From contig CAVYSE010000003.1 in the NCBI GenBank assembly GCA_963771075.1, positions 224,001-288,000 on the forward strand: a stretch of DNA of 64,000 nucleotides, in the 5' to 3' direction. The stretch's first letter is position 1. Each line of letters begins with the position of its first letter. Source of the stretch: a candidate division FCPU426 bacterium (lineage in GTDB: Bacteria > Oederibacteriota > Muellerivitia > Muellerivitales > Muellerivitaceae). Under the pieces are notes generated by a model, which saw only the letters and a program-made list of their open reading frames with translations, made no database searches and had not been told where the DNA came from. Both the position numbers and the translations under genes were made by a program. Of the stretch, positions 10,253 through 20,031 are shown piece by piece.

Positions 10253-11029
10253 TTATTTCTTGAAGGCTACCGCCAGGGGTTGAAGATAACCCGTTTCATT
10301 GGGCATAAGCCACCGTATATCCCGAAAACCCGTACGTTTCATCAGGCGGGTTGTTTCCAGGCGGCTCAAGGCCCGGTAATAGGCCTCATGGACTTCGGTC
10401 TTCCAAACACCCTTGAGCCGCCGAACCAAAAACAATTGCATTTTGTAAACATTGGACCCTTTTTTCCAATCCCAGGCCTGGAAATAGATGCGTTCCCCCA
10501 ATCGGTCCCTGTAAACCGCGGGCTTTCTTGGAGCCATGGGCCGTTCTTTTAAAATTAGATCGTAATCCCGGATGCCGAGTAAGAACATACCCCTTGGTTT
10601 TACCTTCGAATATATATTTTTCAAACCCAGAAGTAGATCCCGGTCGGTCAGAAGATGAGGAAGGGCGTTTTCACAAGAGATCACAACATCGAATTGGCCT
10701 TGGACCCGGGTAGTTAAATTCCGGAAGTCGGCCACGCCAAAGGTGATCTTGACACCCATATGCTTTGCCCATTTCCGGGCTTGCTGGACCGCTTTGGGAC
10801 TCAGGTCAGTGGCGTGAACATCATAAGCACGGCGGGCAAGCCCTAGGGCCTGGGTGCCGATGCCACAGGAACAATCCAAAAGGGAGAGCTTTTTTGAAGT
10901 GGGGTGGAACCGGCGGATAACCTTATTTAAAACCACACCCTGATGGGGCACTTCCCTAGCGAAATCTTGAAACATCAAACGGTAATGGGGTGCCAAATCA
11001 TCGTAAAATTTCAGCGCCGAGCGGTTCAT
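10253..11029 (-). CDS. Class I SAM-dependent methyltransferase (glycine/sarcosine N-methyltransferase-like)
   Basis: LLDCSCGIGTQ motif I, DLS and FDVVIS..NALPHL; GAGGA RBS before ATG 11029. Confidence 0.85.
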   Translation of the reverse strand: MNRSALKFYDDLAPHYRLMFQDFAREVPHQGVVLNKVIRRFHPTSKKLSLLDCSCGIGTQALGLARRAYDVHATDLSPKAVQQARKWAKHMGVKITFGVADFRNLTTRVQGQFDVVISCENALPHLLTDRDLLLGLKNIYSKVKPRGMFLLGIRDYDLILKERPMAPRKPAVYRDRLGERIYFQAWDWKKGSNVYKMQLFLVRRLKGVWKTEVHEAYYRALSRLETTRLMKRTGFRDIRWLMPNETGYLQPLAVAFKK

Positions 11030-11051
11030 ATCATTCCTCAAGAAGAACATA

Positions 11052-12051
11052 GGGGTCAGGTCTTCATTTTATATTATCTATCCGGGCCTTGAACCTCGTC
11101 TCTCCCTCCATCCTCTTCTTTACCATCGCTATCCGGTTCCCCACGGCCGAATATTTTACACCAAATTTTTCCGCGATCTCTTTCAGGCCTAGGTGCGCTC
11201 TTTTTCGTAGAAGGTACATACCAACGTCCCTCGCCTCGTTGGCCTTGTGGAACTTAGTCGTGATTTCCTTTTCCTCAACCTTATATGCTTTCGAGACCTT
11301 TTGGATAACATCTTCCGCCGTATGTTTCTCGATCCGATGGTGTTTCATCGGTATTTCCGGGTCTTTCTTATCCAACAACCCCTTTAATTTCTCCTTTAGA
11401 CCCTCACCCCCGTAATAAACCCCACCCTCCATCTTTTCCCATGGCGATTCCTTTTTTCGCAACCCTTCCAATACGAACTTCCGATAGGCTCTTTGGGCTT
11501 GCTTGGATTGCCTGCCAAATTGCCCCAATACCCAATCCACCTCAAACCAAGGTTCTTTCTTCTCGATCCCGGCCGTCGCCCGATAGCTGCTCCACTTCCA
11601 TTTCCGGGGATGTTTCACCAACCGCGCTCTTACCGGGTTCAAGACCACATATCGGCACAACTCCAACAAATGGGTTCCCTTTTCCACGTGGATCGCCTTA
11701 TAACGGCCTTGAAAGAGATGCCCTACCCGGTTATTCCGCCGATTGAATTTCTGGGTATAAACACCATTCAGGTGCCGTATGGCCCGTGACAAGTTGGCTT
11801 CCGGCGTCTCCACCAACAAGTGGTAATGATTATCCATCAATACCCAGGCATGGCACATCACATGATGATCCTCCACGACTTGGGCCAATACCCACAAAAA
11901 CAATTCCCGGTCCTTATCCGACCGGACAATGTTTTTCCGCTCGTTCCCCCGCGAGGTAACGTGATAAACAGCGCCTTCATAATGCACTCTTAACGGTCTA
12001 GCCATTTGCGGATCTTATCACAAAGTTAATATAAAATGAAGACCTGACCCC
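11052..12051 (-). mobile_element. 1000-bp element: RAYT-like HUH transposase bounded by perfect 25-bp inverted repeats
   Basis: 11052-11076 GGGGTCAGGTCTTCATTTTATATTA is the exact reverse complement of 12027-12051; a single transposase ORF lies inside. Confidence 0.85.
11064..12005 (-). CDS. Y1/HUH transposase (IS200/IS605 superfamily, REP-associated RAYT type) with C-terminal DnaA_C/TrpR-like HTH
   Basis: MARPLR..YHVTSRGN, NHYHLL (HUH), GHLFQGRYK, RYVVLNPVRA and WSSY; C-terminal ARDVGMYL...LKEIAEKFG.KYSAV. Confidence 0.9.
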   Translation of the reverse strand: MARPLRVHYEGAVYHVTSRGNERKNIVRSDKDRELFLWVLAQVVEDHHVMCHAWVLMDNHYHLLVETPEANLSRAIRHLNGVYTQKFNRRNNRVGHLFQGRYKAIHVEKGTHLLELCRYVVLNPVRARLVKHPRKWKWSSYRATAGIEKKEPWFEVDWVLGQFGRQSKQAQRAYRKFVLEGLRKKESPWEKMEGGVYYGGEGLKEKLKGLLDKKDPEIPMKHHRIEKHTAEDVIQKVSKAYKVEEKEITTKFHKANEARDVGMYLLRKRAHLGLKEIAEKFGVKYSAVGNRIAMVKKRMEGETRFKARIDNIK

Positions 12052-12097
12052 GTTGTTTACGGGGCGGTGCGGCTGGCGAAGGGCGTTAATTAAGAAA

Positions 12098-12574
12098 CTA
12101 ACGTTCGCAGTCTTGGGGCATCAATTTCCGGCCCTTTGGGAAATCGCACCAACCCTTTTGCTTCGCGTATTCCAATACCATCGGGATGCGTTTTTCGAAC
12201 ATTCTTTTCCAACCGGCCCCCATGACTTTCTTGATGAGGATCCCTTTTAACCCCTTAATGCCATCATGAACCAGGCTCAACCGGGTTCCCTTGCCTTCCT
12301 CTTGGAGGGTCCAGGTAATGATGAATGGGTCTTTCCCCTCGTCATTGCCGCATTGGCTCCAGGACAGTTGATGGGGCTTGTCGATTTCCAAAACGACACA
12401 ACGGGCGATCCCATCCCAACCCATCATGGGTTTCGCCTTGAATTGAAACGGATACCCTTTTTCGGCTTTAAAGTTGTTCTCCATCAGCCATTGGGCTAGG
12501 GACTCGGGATTGGTTAGGGCGGTCCAAACGTGCTCGATGGGGTAGGGATAAAATGATTCCAATTCAATCTTCAT
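12098..12574 (-). CDS. SRPBCC/AHSA1-domain protein
   Basis: VWTALTNPESLAQW, GTRLSLVH.G and GW motifs. Confidence 0.85.
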   Translation of the reverse strand: MKIELESFYPYPIEHVWTALTNPESLAQWLMENNFKAEKGYPFQFKAKPMMGWDGIARCVVLEIDKPHQLSWSQCGNDEGKDPFIITWTLQEEGKGTRLSLVHDGIKGLKGILIKKVMGAGWKRMFEKRIPMVLEYAKQKGWCDFPKGRKLMPQDCER

Positions 12575-12659
12575 AGGTTTAAATCCTTCCCCAAAATTCC
12601 AATGCCGCGTACATGACTTCTCTTAATCGGGGCACAAAGGGTCTTTGAATAATACAAAG

Positions 12660-14948
12660 CTAAAACAAAAGGTCCAAATTCAATCCGCCATAGAAACTTT
12701 GGCCCACTCCCGGCTCATAGTAGGCGCCGTTGGTTGCGTTGAAGGCCGCATAGGCCGAGTAAAGCTGGTTCAGCAGGTTCTCGCCTCCGGCGTAAGCGTT
12801 CAGTTTCAGGAAACTTCCCAACGCGTGACGGTAGCCCAGCTTCGCGTTGAGCAATTCATAGGCGTTGTTCCAGACCCTATTGCCGTCGGTGATGGGGTAG
12901 CTGTCGACGAACTGCAAGTTCGTATCGAAATATAAGCCCGGCTCGGTTTCCACCTCCAGCCCCATATTCGCCTGGTTTTCGGGGTTTCCCGTAAGCTGGT
13001 TACCGGAATAATCATTCCCATTGTTCGTGTATTGCGTGAAAACATAATGTTGATAGCTGTAAGCGACCCATGGTTTTAAAAGCGAAAGGAATTGTCCAGG
13101 GGCGTCCACCCAACGCCAGGAGAGGGAGGCCTCCAGGCCCTTGTGGTTGGTTCCCGCCGCGTTGACATATTCCGTGAAATTGGGGGCGATTGTCTGCTGG
13201 ACCAATTCTTGGGTCGCGTCTAGGTCGTATAAAGACACGTCATAATCCAGTTTTTTGTCCAGCCAACGCCCCCGAACCCCTATTTCATACTGGGTTCCCA
13301 ATTCGGGGAGAAGGTTCGTCAAAAGTTCCCCGTTAAATGGGTTTTTCATTTCATCGAAAGTGGGAGGGGAAAAGCCCTGGCTGATATCACCGTAAACCGT
13401 GAAAGCCCCATCCCATACATGGGAAAGGGCCACCCGGAAACAGGTCGTGGGGGCAAAATCCACCTCATTACTGCTGTCGGCGGTCGATAAAAAGAGGATA
13501 TAACTGGTCGTGTTATAGTTCATCCCCGCCGTAAAAAAGGTATTTTTCTCCAGGGTCGCGTCGGCCTCCAGGAAAAGGTTGGCGTGTTTTTCCGTACCCT
13601 GGACCGCGTAACCCAAGGAACCTTTCGTCCCGTCATCGTTATAGTAGTAGTTGTAGGTCGAATATTCGTTCATCAGCTCGCCGCCGCCGGTGAAGCGGGT
13701 CTCAACGTCCCCCAGGTCCGCCTTGAATGACCATTGGGTCCTGCCTCCGGCATTCTGCATGGTTTTATAGAGATAGGCGGGTGTGGTTTCGGTGTCGGCA
13801 AAAGCCCGGTCCAGGGTAAAGGACGAGGCGTAAAGGCTGGTCTCATTTTCCCATTGCTCGTTGAAAACATAATGGTTCGAAAGGCCGAAACGGGTCCAGA
13901 GCTCATTATGGTGGAGGTTGAAAAGGCTGTCCGCGGCGTTTCCCGCCAGGGGGTTGGCCGTGAATGCGGCCAGGGTTTCCGCGGTGGCGATCTGGGCCTG
14001 TTCGTCGGTTTGGTTGGCCAGGACCGTCAGGGTTTCCTTGTCGGTGGGATAAAAGGTGCCGAGCGCCGTGGCGAAATGGTGGTAATCGTCCGTATGGTTG
14101 ACATAGCCGTTGAACCATTGGCTGCCGTAGTTTAAGAGGATGGCGGCGTTGCCCAGATCCGCCTTGACCGACTCCTCGGCACGGTAAAGCCCATAGGAGC
14201 CGGCAAGGCCCGAGGATTCCAGAATGGTCTCACCGGCCGGGGGCCGGAGAGTGTTGAAAAGCACATCCCCTCCCACTCCAGCGCCGTAAAGGCTGGAATC
14301 GGGCCCCTTGATCACTTGGGCCTCCCCTAATATGTCCAGGTCTAATCCTTCCAACCGGGCGAAACCGTCCGCCTCGTTCAGCGGGATATTGTCCACATAG
14401 ATACCCACGTTCCGGATGCCGTAGCTCGACCTCAAGCCTTCGCCCCGGAGGGAAATACGGGAATCGACCATGAAAGCCTGATCCACCCTTACGCCCGCCA
14501 CGGTGTTCAGGACCGGGGCCAAGTTGACCCGATCTCCAGAGTCCAAGTTTTTTTCGGTGAGGAGGGAAAGATTACCGGGAGTCTCCAAGAGTTTTTGATC
14601 CATCCCATAAGCCCGGACAACCACCTCGGGAAGGGTGAGGCTGGAGGGTTTGAGGGTTAGGGTCTTATCCCCGAACCACCCCTGAACCGGGACCTCCAAA
14701 ACTTGGTACCCTTCCAGTGAAAATAGGACAACCGGCGTTTGCGCGTCCGCCTGGATCTGAAACCGGCCGTCCTTGCCGGTTTGGGCGGTTTGCGCGCCGC
14801 TCACCACCGTTACCCCAGGCAAGGATGTTTGTAGGTAGGAATCGATCACCCTGCCCGAGAGGATGGTTTGGGAAAAAGCGGGAAAAACGAACGGGGTCCT
14901 GATCATCAAAATGAAAATACAAAACAAAAACTTTATCTTGAGCCCCAT
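12660..14948 (-). CDS. TonB-dependent outer membrane receptor with N-terminal CarboxypepD-like domain
   Basis: Signal peptide, plug motifs (ISLRG, YVDNIPL, VIKGP.SSLYG..GG), L.PE, NLLN..Y and terminal Phe. Confidence 0.9.
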   Translation of the reverse strand: MGLKIKFLFCIFILMIRTPFVFPAFSQTILSGRVIDSYLQTSLPGVTVVSGAQTAQTGKDGRFQIQADAQTPVVLFSLEGYQVLEVPVQGWFGDKTLTLKPSSLTLPEVVVRAYGMDQKLLETPGNLSLLTEKNLDSGDRVNLAPVLNTVAGVRVDQAFMVDSRISLRGEGLRSSYGIRNVGIYVDNIPLNEADGFARLEGLDLDILGEAQVIKGPDSSLYGAGVGGDVLFNTLRPPAGETILESSGLAGSYGLYRAEESVKADLGNAAILLNYGSQWFNGYVNHTDDYHHFATALGTFYPTDKETLTVLANQTDEQAQIATAETLAAFTANPLAGNAADSLFNLHHNELWTRFGLSNHYVFNEQWENETSLYASSFTLDRAFADTETTPAYLYKTMQNAGGRTQWSFKADLGDVETRFTGGGELMNEYSTYNYYYNDDGTKGSLGYAVQGTEKHANLFLEADATLEKNTFFTAGMNYNTTSYILFLSTADSSNEVDFAPTTCFRVALSHVWDGAFTVYGDISQGFSPPTFDEMKNPFNGELLTNLLPELGTQYEIGVRGRWLDKKLDYDVSLYDLDATQELVQQTIAPNFTEYVNAAGTNHKGLEASLSWRWVDAPGQFLSLLKPWVAYSYQHYVFTQYTNNGNDYSGNQLTGNPENQANMGLEVETEPGLYFDTNLQFVDSYPITDGNRVWNNAYELLNAKLGYRHALGSFLKLNAYAGGENLLNQLYSAYAAFNATNGAYYEPGVGQSFYGGLNLDLLF

Positions 14949-14981
14949 TCGACGCCTCCCCTGATCAGGAAATATAAGAGA

Positions 14982-15164
14982 TCAGCTTGGCTTCTTCTTA
15001 TAAACGTTCAAGCCCACCTTCTCGTCCCTTTCGGGCACCGTCACGTTTCCTTCGGTTGAGGCCACGATAATGGTCTTGCCGCTGGAGGAGGGGCCATATT
15101 CCTTCGATAGGTCCACCTTGATGGTCAGGATGTTCCCTTCCACCTTCATATCGACATTCTTCAA
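14982..15164 (-). CDS. Small 60-aa conserved-type hypothetical protein
   Basis: GGAGG RBS then TTG at 15164; sequence LTIKVDLSKEYGPSSSGKTIIVASTEGN...GLNVY resembles a widespread small uncharacterised family. Confidence 0.75.
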   Translation of the reverse strand: MKNVDMKVEGNILTIKVDLSKEYGPSSSGKTIIVASTEGNVTVPERDEKVGLNVYKKKPS

Positions 15165-15265
15165 AACGCACCTCCTCGTATTCGGGTAACCGCAAATGGG
15201 GACTATTAAACAACGCAGGGGGTAGGGTTTCCATTCAAACCCCCTTCCCCAAGGAAAGGGCTGAA

Positions 15266-18200
15266 CTAACGCAGAATCAACAACTTCAAGACCCACCGCT
15301 TCCCATTTGCCGTGACGACCAGGTAATAAAGGCCGTTGGAGAGGGGTTTCCCATCCGAGGCCGTCATGGGAACGGTTAGGACGGAACTTCCGGCTGGAAC
15401 GGAAGGTACCGTTTCATCCCCGACCTTCCGGAAGGATAGGGTGAAAACCTGGATTCGGACACTGCCAGCCGAGGCCAGGAATACTCGAAGGTTCACGGTC
15501 GAACCCACCACCGGATTGGGATAGATCACGGGCTGGGGCAACGCACCCGAAACAGTCGGTACGAAGGTGGCGGTGATGGTCACAGTTAAGACCGGAGTTG
15601 GAACGGCGGTCGGAACCAGCGTTGGCGTGAAGGTATGGGTGGGGGGTATGGGGGTGGAAGTCGCGACCGGGGTGAAGACGGGGGTGGGAGTAATCGTAAC
15701 CGTGGAAGTGAAGACCAAGGTCGAAACTGGCGTAAGGGTTTGGGTAGAAGTGGAAGTGGCCGCCGGAATCATCGTCGAAGTCCGCGAAGGAGTAACGGTG
15801 GATTGGACCATCGTCCAGGTGGGGCTTACCGTGTCCGTTAGGGTGGGCAGGGCCGTTTCGGTGGAGGATGGAGACGGACTGGAGGTCAGTGTGGGCGAGG
15901 GCGTCAAGCTGGGGACCGGGGTAGCGGTCGTCGTGGCGGAGGGAGTGGCACTAGCCGTAAAAACTGGCGTTTTGCTAAAGGTCCAGGTCAGGGTTGGGAC
16001 AGTCGTTAGGGTGGGCAAGGTCGTATCAGTGGAGGATGGAGACGGACTGGAGGTCAACGTGGGAACGGTGGTGCTCGTTGGCGTGGAACTAGATGGCAGC
16101 GTGGGCGAGGGCGTTAAGCTGGGGATTGGGGTAGCCGTCGTCGTGGCGGAGGGAGTGGCACTGGCCGTAAAAACTTGCGTTTTGCTAAAGGTCCAGGTCA
16201 GCGTGGGGAGAATTGTTTGGGTGGGCGTGACCGTGGAGGTAAAGGTGGAGGAATAAGTGGGGGTGGGCGAGGGAGTTGGTGTGGATGGGAGGATCGCCGT
16301 TTCCGTAGGACTGTTGGTGACCGTGGGAGTGGAGGTGGTGGGTGGGACAGGACTGTTCGTTTGAGTCGGCACAATTGTCAATGAGGAGGTGGATGTGGGT
16401 GTGTCGCTGGGCAGGGAAGTTTTGGTCGAGGTCGCGGTTGGACTCAAGGTGGTTGTATAGGTGGGGGTCATTGTGTTTGTGGGTGAAGCCGTCGCGCTAA
16501 ATGTGGAAGTTCCCGTTTGGGTCCAGACAGGGGTTCGGGTGGCCGTTTGGGTTGAGGTAGCGGTGGAAGTCGGGACGGAAGTGGATGTGCCAGTCGCCGT
16601 GTGAGTGGGGCTCATAGAAGGAGTGGGGGATGGGGACAAGGTCGGGACCGCGCTCGCCGTGGAGGTTAGGGTGGGAGTTGAGTTTTTGGTCGCCGTCCAA
16701 GTGGGGATGGGGGTCTGGGTATAAGAAACTGTCGGCGTGTTGGTCCCCGTAGCGGTACGGGTCGGACTGGAGGTAACCGTCCAGGTCAATGTAATCGTGA
16801 ATGGAACGGTGGCGGTTTGGGTCAGGGAGGGGGTTGGACTGAGCGTGACAGTAGGGGTAAAGGATGTTGTCCGGGAGGGTGTCCCGGTAAGGGTGAAGGT
16901 TCCCGTTAGGGTCGGCGTTCCGGTGCGGGTGCGGGTCACCGATGGGGAAAGGGTCTGGGTGGAAGTTGCCGCCGGACTGCCCGTGGGAGTGGGGCTCGCG
17001 CCGGCGATGAGCCCATAAACCACCAGGCTGTTGGCGGTGGGAACGTAAACCTTCCCATTGACGACACTCGGCGGGGCAAACTTGACGTTGGCGGCCACGG
17101 CCGAGTCACGGGTGGAGTTTTGCCCGCTGTTGTAAAGAACGGTGGCCAGATTGGTGGCGTCGTAGGCATAAAGGACCACGGGAGTACCCGGATCGAGGGC
17201 CCAAACAATGCCGTTGGTGGTTCCGTTGGATGAGACGCTCGGGACACAGCCGGTTGAAAAGGACCCCGACGCGCCATAGCTGGCCGCGGACTGGGAAGAA
17301 GGGGTCGTTACGTATTGGCCGTTGGCGAAGGTGAAGGCTTTCAGGGCCGCGCCCGACATGCCCCAATAGACCCAATCGGTGGTGCCGTTGCTGTAGAGGG
17401 CGGGGGTGGTATAACCCTTTCCGCCGATAGCGGGCACGGTCTGGATAATATTGTTGGCGGTCGCGCTGAACTCGCCCATTTTGCCGGTGTCCGCGTCCAC
17501 CACATAAAGATCGCTGGGCTTGTCCGCGCCGATCATGATGTTGGGGTGGGCGGATGTACCCCAGGAAGCGGGAAGCAGGCATTGGCCCGCTGATCCGACG
17601 TCCTGGTCTCCGCTGCTCATGGAGGCCTGGCTCATGGGAGCGAAATAATCGAGCGCCGTCACGGCGTTCCCTACGGTATTAAGCTTGAGAAAGCACTGCC
17701 CATAGTCCGAAACCGGGCCCGTTTGATCGAAAGTACCATTGGCCGAAAGAAAGTAAAGGTTTCCGGAGGAATCCACCGAGGGGCCGTCCCCCGATTCCCA
17801 GAAAGAGGACTCGCTTCCATTGGGAGCAGAATTAAATACGGAAACCTGTTGGGTGATGTTGGAAGCGTTGTAGCCGATGACCCATCCGTAATAGTTTCCC
17901 GCAATGGTGTCGCTATCGCAGTGGCCGGTCCAACTGGTATAAACCACCCCGCTGACCAAGGCCAGGGCGCACCTTTCCTTGTAGGCACGGGGCCGGAATG
18001 TGACCGTGCTGCCGCCATCGCCCGTTCCCGGCACGGAGCCCCCGATGGTCTGGGGACCGTTGAACTTCTCCAACCCCGAGGTAATATCCAGCGCGTGAAG
18101 AGTCTGGGAATAGGTCGTGACCCCCGCGGAAACGGTCTTGGTCATCGCCACGAAATAGAGGGTACCAGTGGAAGGGTCGATGACGGGAGTGTCGGTGATG

Positions 18201-18622
18201 CCGATCTCCGGGGTGATCTGGGAGCAATTGCCCACGTCCGCCTGGGCCACCGTCATGGTGACGCCACCGATAAAGCTGTCATGCCAGTAGGTCACCCCGG
18301 CGCTATCCGCGTCGAAGGCGTAGGCGCTGTCGTTCTCGGTGACCACATAAACCACATTATGGGTACCGCCCCCGATGGAGACGCTGGGCATGTAGAGGGG
18401 CTGGGCGTAAACCTGGCCGTCCACGGCGTTTGAAAAAAGTTTCCCGAATTGGGTGCTGTTGACGTTGGATGGGGTGAGGAGGGTCTCGTTTTGATTCCAC
18501 CCGTCGCGGGCCTGGTCATTATGGTAGGTGGTTAAGGAAGTCTGGGCCCAAAGGACAGGCCCGTAAAGGTAAAGCAAAAAAAGGGGCCCGAAATTGAATA
18601 CCGATTTTTGATAATGGGCCAT
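15266..18622 (-). CDS. Secreted PQQ-like beta-propeller protein + ~490-aa Thr/Pro/Ser linker + C-terminal sorting-like domain
   Basis: TYHND.AR.G.N..ET.LTP.NV...FGKLF...VDG.VYAQPLY and KFAPP.V.NGKVYV; long TPT tract; C-terminal YPNP...NGLYY...KLLILR. Confidence 0.85.
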   Translation of the reverse strand: MAHYQKSVFNFGPLFLLYLYGPVLWAQTSLTTYHNDQARDGWNQNETLLTPSNVNSTQFGKLFSNAVDGQVYAQPLYMPSVSIGGGTHNVVYVVTENDSAYAFDADSAGVTYWHDSFIGGVTMTVAQADVGNCSQITPEIGITDTPVIDPSTGTLYFVAMTKTVSAGVTTYSQTLHALDITSGLEKFNGPQTIGGSVPGTGDGGSTVTFRPRAYKERCALALVSGVVYTSWTGHCDSDTIAGNYYGWVIGYNASNITQQVSVFNSAPNGSESSFWESGDGPSVDSSGNLYFLSANGTFDQTGPVSDYGQCFLKLNTVGNAVTALDYFAPMSQASMSSGDQDVGSAGQCLLPASWGTSAHPNIMIGADKPSDLYVVDADTGKMGEFSATANNIIQTVPAIGGKGYTTPALYSNGTTDWVYWGMSGAALKAFTFANGQYVTTPSSQSAASYGASGSFSTGCVPSVSSNGTTNGIVWALDPGTPVVLYAYDATNLATVLYNSGQNSTRDSAVAANVKFAPPSVVNGKVYVPTANSLVVYGLIAGASPTPTGSPAATSTQTLSPSVTRTRTGTPTLTGTFTLTGTPSRTTSFTPTVTLSPTPSLTQTATVPFTITLTWTVTSSPTRTATGTNTPTVSYTQTPIPTWTATKNSTPTLTSTASAVPTLSPSPTPSMSPTHTATGTSTSVPTSTATSTQTATRTPVWTQTGTSTFSATASPTNTMTPTYTTTLSPTATSTKTSLPSDTPTSTSSLTIVPTQTNSPVPPTTSTPTVTNSPTETAILPSTPTPSPTPTYSSTFTSTVTPTQTILPTLTWTFSKTQVFTASATPSATTTATPIPSLTPSPTLPSSSTPTSTTVPTLTSSPSPSSTDTTLPTLTTVPTLTWTFSKTPVFTASATPSATTTATPVPSLTPSPTLTSSPSPSSTETALPTLTDTVSPTWTMVQSTVTPSRTSTMIPAATSTSTQTLTPVSTLVFTSTVTITPTPVFTPVATSTPIPPTHTFTPTLVPTAVPTPVLTVTITATFVPTVSGALPQPVIYPNPVVGSTVNLRVFLASAGSVRIQVFTLSFRKVGDETVPSVPAGSSVLTVPMTASDGKPLSNGLYYLVVTANGKRWVLKLLILR
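15862..16201. repeat. Intragenic near-identical repeats in the Thr/Pro linker
   Basis: ~100-bp block 15891-15991 is repeated at 16101-16201 (210-bp offset); 26-bp block 15862-15887 is repeated at 16031-16056. Confidence 0.85.
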
Positions 18623-18806
18623 TTACGGATGCCCCCTCCCCAAGGGCTCCGGCACTTCAATGCCGGTTTGATCCACCGGCGGTAAGTCACTGGCTCGCCG
18701 AAGAAAATTCCTGGCAAGAAATTACCATCTTTTCAATAAATTTGCGCTGGATGGCCGGATTATTTTGGGAAACCGGTTAAACAGCCGGTTCAATCGTTCA
18801 ACCGTT

Positions 18807-19928
18807 TCAAGAAAGATGAACCCCTATCAGATGACCCAATCCATAAGTGAGGGCAGCCGCTAAAAGGCCTAAGACCAGCTGCCGGGTACCCGAAAACCAA
18901 ACACCCTTTCCCGTGAAAAGGGTGCCCAAGGCCCCAAACCCAAAGAGCGCTAGGGCGCTTAATCCCAGGCTGGCTAAAACCGTCGTGGACCCCGACAGGA
19001 AAAAGAATGGGCAAACCGGAACCAAGGCCCCCGCTGAAAAGAGAAGGAAGGAAGTGCCCGCGGCTTCCCAAGGACTCCCGCCCCGATCCTCGGGGTTCAA
19101 TCCCAGCTCTTCCCGGGCCAGGGTATCCATGGCCCGGGCCTTGTCCGAGAGCATGTAGCGAGCCAATTTCTCGGCCTCCTCCGGCGCCATTCCCTTGGAC
19201 TCATAAATGAGTTTCAATTCTTCCACTTCCCCCTCGGGATTTTTATCGAATTCCTGCTCCTCGACACGGATCTCACGCTCCGCCAGCTCGTTGGAATTGG
19301 TGACCGAAAGCCATTCACCCAGGGCCATGGAACAGGCCCCCGCCAAAAGCCCCGCCAAACCGGTGAGAAGGATGTAATGATTGTCCACGGCCGCTCCCGC
19401 CACACCCATCACCAGGCTCATGTTGGAACAGAGCCCGTCATTGGCCCCCATCACCGCCGCACGGAGCGTGTTGCCTCCCACGTTTTGGTGGCGCCCCTCC
19501 ATGGAGGCGACCTGGCTGCCGGTCTTTCCGGGTGCGATGTTCAGGATCTCATCCAAAACCCGGTCGTGCCCGTGTTCTTCCGCCACCATGAGCGTTCCTT
19601 TGGTTTCGGGCTGGGGGGCGTAAATGTTTCGATCCGCCTTTTCAAGGCCGGAGATAGTGCTTAAGACCAGGTTTGGGCCGAAGGTCTTCGCGATCCAAAT
19701 CAGCACTTTGGCGCGCCAGGAGGGCTCACGGAGCGGCACCTTTCCCCCGGCCTGGGTGATCTGGGCTTCCCAAAAGTCCCTGTGCTTGATCTCGATCTCC
19801 GCCAGATTGGCGTACACTTTCGAAAGCTGGGGACTTTTTTCCACCTGGGCCAAGGTTTGGTATTGGACCGCGCTATCCACCTCACCCCGCCAATTTTCCA
19901 AATAACGGTTCAAATCATTTTTCGCCAT
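18807..19928 (-). CDS. VIT1/CCC1-family Fe/Mn transporter with N-terminal rubrerythrin/ferritin-like domain
   Basis: E..H motifs at the N-terminus; LRAAVMGANDGL, GLAGLLAGACSMALGEW.SV and REELG. Confidence 0.9.
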   Translation of the reverse strand: MAKNDLNRYLENWRGEVDSAVQYQTLAQVEKSPQLSKVYANLAEIEIKHRDFWEAQITQAGGKVPLREPSWRAKVLIWIAKTFGPNLVLSTISGLEKADRNIYAPQPETKGTLMVAEEHGHDRVLDEILNIAPGKTGSQVASMEGRHQNVGGNTLRAAVMGANDGLCSNMSLVMGVAGAAVDNHYILLTGLAGLLAGACSMALGEWLSVTNSNELAEREIRVEEQEFDKNPEGEVEELKLIYESKGMAPEEAEKLARYMLSDKARAMDTLAREELGLNPEDRGGSPWEAAGTSFLLFSAGALVPVCPFFFLSGSTTVLASLGLSALALFGFGALGTLFTGKGVWFSGTRQLVLGLLAAALTYGLGHLIGVHLS

Positions 19929-20031
19929 GGGGTCTCCGTAAAAAATCAGGTTTTGGGAGACATTATAGGGTCCATCTAAAAAAAAGGTTTCCGATGTACT
20001 TCCCCGCATTAAAGCCGGGTAAAATAAAACC

